A stretch of 37,532 nucleotides of DNA from Eubacteriales bacterium (GTDB taxonomy: Bacteria > Bacillota > Clostridia > Christensenellales > MGBC116941). The stretch is taken from the NCBI GenBank assembly GCA_031550915.1, contig JAVBOF010000075.1, positions 1-37,532 of the forward strand, read 5' to 3'. Positions 34,451 to 37,532 of this stretch are shown piece after piece. Every line of letters begins with the position of its first letter. The stretch's first letter is position 1. The translations under genes were made by a program, and so were the position numbers. The notes under the pieces were generated by a model, which was not told where the DNA came from, made no database searches, and worked only from the letters and a program-made list of their open reading frames with translations.

Positions 34451-35176
34451 CTATAAATTTATTTCTGAAATATGCTTGAATTCATATTTCCTTTGCTTCG
34501 CCAAATTAATTAAATTATGGAAAAATGAACGAGTCCCAATTTTTTTATTATCACATACATATTTTATAAGCTCCTTATACTCATAAAATGAACTCCTTGC
34601 GGATTCATATCGTAATGCAGTTTCTGTATTTAAAAAAATATGTATTGGGTGAAAATCAAAAACCTTTATACAATTCTTCTTATCTAGATAAACTTCTGGC
34701 AAAGGCTTGTTTTTATCGCTAAAATACACATCATCTTCATAAAAATGCGGTAATTTGATTGTATCAAAAAAATACTTATAAGGCTTCAAATCCATACCGG
34801 CATCAATTGGTATATAAGTGTTCAAATCATATTTAATCCCCTTGCCGGCCATGTATTTAACTATTAGTGAACTATTAAACAAAGCATGTGATCTAGTACT
34901 AACCGCTTCAGGAACCAATTCAAGTAAATCATCTATTATTTTAGTGTAACTTCTAATCTCTTTTAACTCCATCAATCCATTAAAGTTTGGATGAATGCCT
35001 AATTCAAATAAATTATTTTTTCTTAGTTCATAAATAAACTTTGTTTCATGTGTTACAAAAAAAGTTGCTTTTATATTAGCTTTGATCAAAAGATCACAAG
35101 TATATTCAATCACTTCGTCTGACGCCCAATCCATATCAAATGTTAAGTATATATCGTTGTCCCATTTTTGATCCAT
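34451..35176 (-). CDS. Polysaccharide deacetylase family protein (WbmS-like)
   Basis: LTFDMDWA, ATFFVTH, ELGIHPNF, RSH, FDFHPIH. Confidence 0.8.
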   Translation of the reverse strand: MDQKWDNDIYLTFDMDWASDEVIEYTCDLLIKANIKATFFVTHETKFIYELRKNNLFELGIHPNFNGLMELKEIRSYTKIIDDLLELVPEAVSTRSHALFNSSLIVKYMAGKGIKYDLNTYIPIDAGMDLKPYKYFFDTIKLPHFYEDDVYFSDKNKPLPEVYLDKKNCIKVFDFHPIHIFLNTETALRYESARSSFYEYKELIKYVCDNKKIGTRSFFHNLINLAKQRKYEFKHISEINL

Positions 35177-35297
35177 GATTATAAAAGACCTCTTACTTAA
35201 ATTAAAATCCGTTTTGTTAGTATATCATAAAATTTATTTTTTGTATAAAAACTCATTATAAATCTTCAGGACAATCGCAAAATTTAGCAATTTGGGG

Positions 35298-35500
35298 TGA
35301 TGCAACCGAATTGCAGTACAGCGGAAAAGTCTGGTTCAGCAGAAAAGGAGAGGTACCTATATCAAAATATGAGGCAGTTTTAAAAAAGAAATCGTCAGGT
35401 TTGTATAACGAGGGCGGATGAAATGCAAAGAGACTGGCTAATGAAGTCGGCGTGCATGAGGACACAAGGTACAACGGGTGGCGCAACAACAAGAAGATAC
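35298..35500 (+). mobile_element. Degenerate IS3-family left end and orfA relic
   Basis: TG-starting IR-like stretch, RBS AAGGAG, broken frames reading SKYE..FKKEIVR/LYNEGG*NAKRLANEVGVHEDTRYN (HTH transposase-like). Confidence 0.55.
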
Positions 35501-35776
35501 TATCGGTCAATCTAAGGGGCCGTTTACGCGTGGTCATGATTGAGGTGGCGGGTCCGTGGGTTTTTTCCTTTCTACTACAGATTTAGAAGGATATATGCAA
35601 ATGCAGAATAAATGATTTATTTCGATCCGTTATGAAAAAACTTGAAACCCAGATGAATATGAATCTAGTATCATGTTGCATTCTCAGAAATTTAGAAAGA
35701 ATTGATCCGACAATGAGAATATCGACAAAAATAATTGCTTGCCGATTTGTGGTAATAAGTAATTCAATGGCGATGG

Positions 35777-36511
35777 CTAATGGTCTCGTTCTTTTTTTTC
35801 GTAACAGATTGAAAAGCAATTATATGCAAATATTCCATAATCCTGGATTGTGTTGATCAATTCAACCAGATATCCGTTAGATATACAATCCCATATCTCT
35901 GAAAGATAATTGGTCGCACTGAAGAGATTACTCGTCATGTAATATGCGGTGCATACTTTTTCCACGATTAGGCCTTCAATACAATCGTTTAGCGAAATGA
36001 ATACATTGTTGCCGACTTCGTTATATAATAGTCTAAAATACTGTGAAAACTCCTTTATATATTTTTCTAAATCATTTTCTTTCGCAGCCACAAGCATATT
36101 CATTATGTTTGCATTCATATCTTGAAACAGTGTTGAATCTTTTTTCAAGCTTTTGTTATCTCTGAAACTATTTTGGAGAATGATAACTACTTGCGTATCG
36201 ATCGCTGTGCCTAATACAAATACTTCATACATTTTTTCATAGCCCAAAATCGTTGACCAAGCGGTAGCTTCTTCAGCTATTCTGTTTCTTTTTGTTATCC
36301 TCGTTCCTTGCGATGTGCGTGATTCAAGAACCCCCAGATAAGTAAGTGTCTTGACAGCCTCTCTGACAGAGGTTCTGCTGACACTAAATCTCTCCGCAAG
36401 TTCCTGTTCCGTAGGGATTTTTTCGCTTTGCTTATATGTTCCATCCGCAATCATTTTGCGGATCTCGTTCATAAGCTGTTCTACTATTGTCTTTTGTCTT
36501 ATATCCGTCAT
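35777..36511 (-). CDS. GntR/FadR family transcriptional regulator
   Basis: IPTEQELAERFSVSRTSVREAVKTLTYLGVLE..SQGT. Confidence 0.92.
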   Translation of the reverse strand: MTDIRQKTIVEQLMNEIRKMIADGTYKQSEKIPTEQELAERFSVSRTSVREAVKTLTYLGVLESRTSQGTRITKRNRIAEEATAWSTILGYEKMYEVFVLGTAIDTQVVIILQNSFRDNKSLKKDSTLFQDMNANIMNMLVAAKENDLEKYIKEFSQYFRLLYNEVGNNVFISLNDCIEGLIVEKVCTAYYMTSNLFSATNYLSEIWDCISNGYLVELINTIQDYGIFAYNCFSICYEKKERDH

Positions 36512-36720
36512 AATCAGGATTCACCTTACCTAAAAATTATTGAGTTTGCAAGTGTTTATACTTTCTAGTTTGTTTATCATATAAAAGACATGGTATCACA
36601 ATATAATTGTATTTTGCAAATCTTTCTTAATAGATATACTTTAGAAGACATTTTCAAGTAATAACTTAAGAACTAATATTCTTTTATATAGTAATTTATA
36701 CAAAATATATTAAAAAGTGC

Positions 36721-36749
36721 TTGACAAAAAAAGAGACATAGACTATCTT
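36721..36749 (+). promoter_or_regulatory. Putative sigma-A promoter of the SDR gene
   Basis: TTGACA-17 nt-TATCTT in the AT-rich divergent intergenic region. Confidence 0.55.
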
Positions 36750-36878
36750 TATACTATAAAACATATTCTTTATCATACAAAGATATAAAACACTTTCCAA
36801 ACTTATTTTGACCTGAATACTAATGGTGTACTCTTTTAATCTTTCTCTGAATTAAAAATTATTTTGAGGTAATTGCAG

Positions 36879-37532
36879 ATGAGTCTTTGTCTTAAAAACA
36901 AGGTCGCGGTAGTTACAGGAGCAGGTAGTGGTATTGGCCGAGCAATTGCTGAAAAGCTTGCAAGAATGGGTGCCAACGTATTTGCGACGGATTTTAATCT
37001 CCAAGGAGCAAAAGAAACGGTTAATGGAATGCCGATGGAATTAGACGAACAAAAGCACGAACCGTTATTTCTTGATGTTACAAAGCGCAGTTCCGTGGAC
37101 GAAGCGATTGAGGCTGTTTCAGAAAAATATGGGCGTATTGATATTTTGGTGAATAATGCCGGCGTATCGAGCATGAAAAGATTCGAAGATCTTACAGACG
37201 AAGATTGGGATTCAAATTTCAATATCAATATAAAGGGTATGTTTTATTGTACACAGGCAGCGTTGCAATATATGAAAAACATTGATGCGCGCATAGTTAA
37301 TACTGCATCAATGGCGTCTATCAAAGGTTTGCCCTATCTTGTTCATTATTCGGCATCAAAATGGGCGGTAGTAGGATTTACAAAAGCCATTGCCGTTGAA
37401 TTTGCGCCATATGGCATTCGTGCAAATTGCGTATGCCCGGGGTATGTTAAAACCTCGATGCAGGAAAGGGAACTGCAATGGGAGGGCGAATTACGAAAAA
37501 TGAAGGCGGAAGAGGTAAAGGACGAATATATT
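36879..37532 (+). CDS. SDR oxidoreductase (sugar/polyol dehydrogenase-like), 3'-partial
   Basis: Absent from the ORF track because it runs off the edge: MSLCLKNKVAVVTGAGSGIG...NNAG...YSASK...CPGYVKT; RBS GAGG. Confidence 0.92.
   Translation, partial: MSLCLKNKVAVVTGAGSGIGRAIAEKLARMGANVFATDFNLQGAKETVNGMPMELDEQKHEPLFLDVTKRSSVDEAIEAVSEKYGRIDILVNNAGVSSMKRFEDLTDEDWDSNFNINIKGMFYCTQAALQYMKNIDARIVNTASMASIKGLPYLVHYSASKWAVVGFTKAIAVEFAPYGIRANCVCPGYVKTSMQERELQWEGELRKMKAEEVKDEYI

Noticed and set aside
35256-35856. ORFs 35256..35537, 35583..35819 and 35632..35856
   Set aside because: They overlap the IS3 relic or the gntR end and have no recognisable features.
36836-37228. Minus-strand 130 aa ORF
   Set aside because: Antisense shadow of the + strand SDR starting at 36879.
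1-37532. CRISPR array, tRNA or rRNA
   Set aside because: No regularly spaced repeats or recognisable structural RNA genes seen.

Overview
Low-GC, Clostridia-like spore-former DNA in three blocks. (1) 1-5570: an Rhs polymorphic-toxin locus with two proteins sharing a C-terminal domain, a 5'-truncated Rhs with an unassigned toxin tip, a probable immunity gene, a lipoprotein, and a second orphan Rhs cassette (339-bp core repeat). (2) about 5670-29860: a co-directional minus-strand backbone of an integrative conjugative element (ICE): parA, parB, ardA, repA_N with iterons, a large thioester adhesin, HD-GYP, Toprim, oriT, mobC, relaxase, pcfB, virD4, virB2/B6/B3/B4-like genes, NlpC/P60 and sortase. 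Cargo genes (MNT-HEPN toxin-antitoxin, Fic, Ser/Thr kinase, FN3-CAP protein) and several intrinsic terminators are interleaved. Its right end abuts the 3' half of a cotJC/Mn-catalase gene, so the element appears to be inserted in a spore-coat gene. No integrase or cotJC 5' half is in the window. (3) 30144-37532: RusA-like remnant, zinc-ribbon protein, SDR, a third Rhs scar, a deacetylase/acyltransferase/GT2 trio, an IS3 relic and a divergent GntR-SDR pair. Best leads: the cotJC-splitting ICE possibly carrying an Rhs array; a candidate -1 frameshift in pcfB; an HD-GYP coupled to the adhesin in the predicted leading region; a kinase between oriT and mobC; a terminator-studded transfer region implying antitermination; and a non-canonical sortase signal. 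All calls are by motif recognition; no database searches were run.
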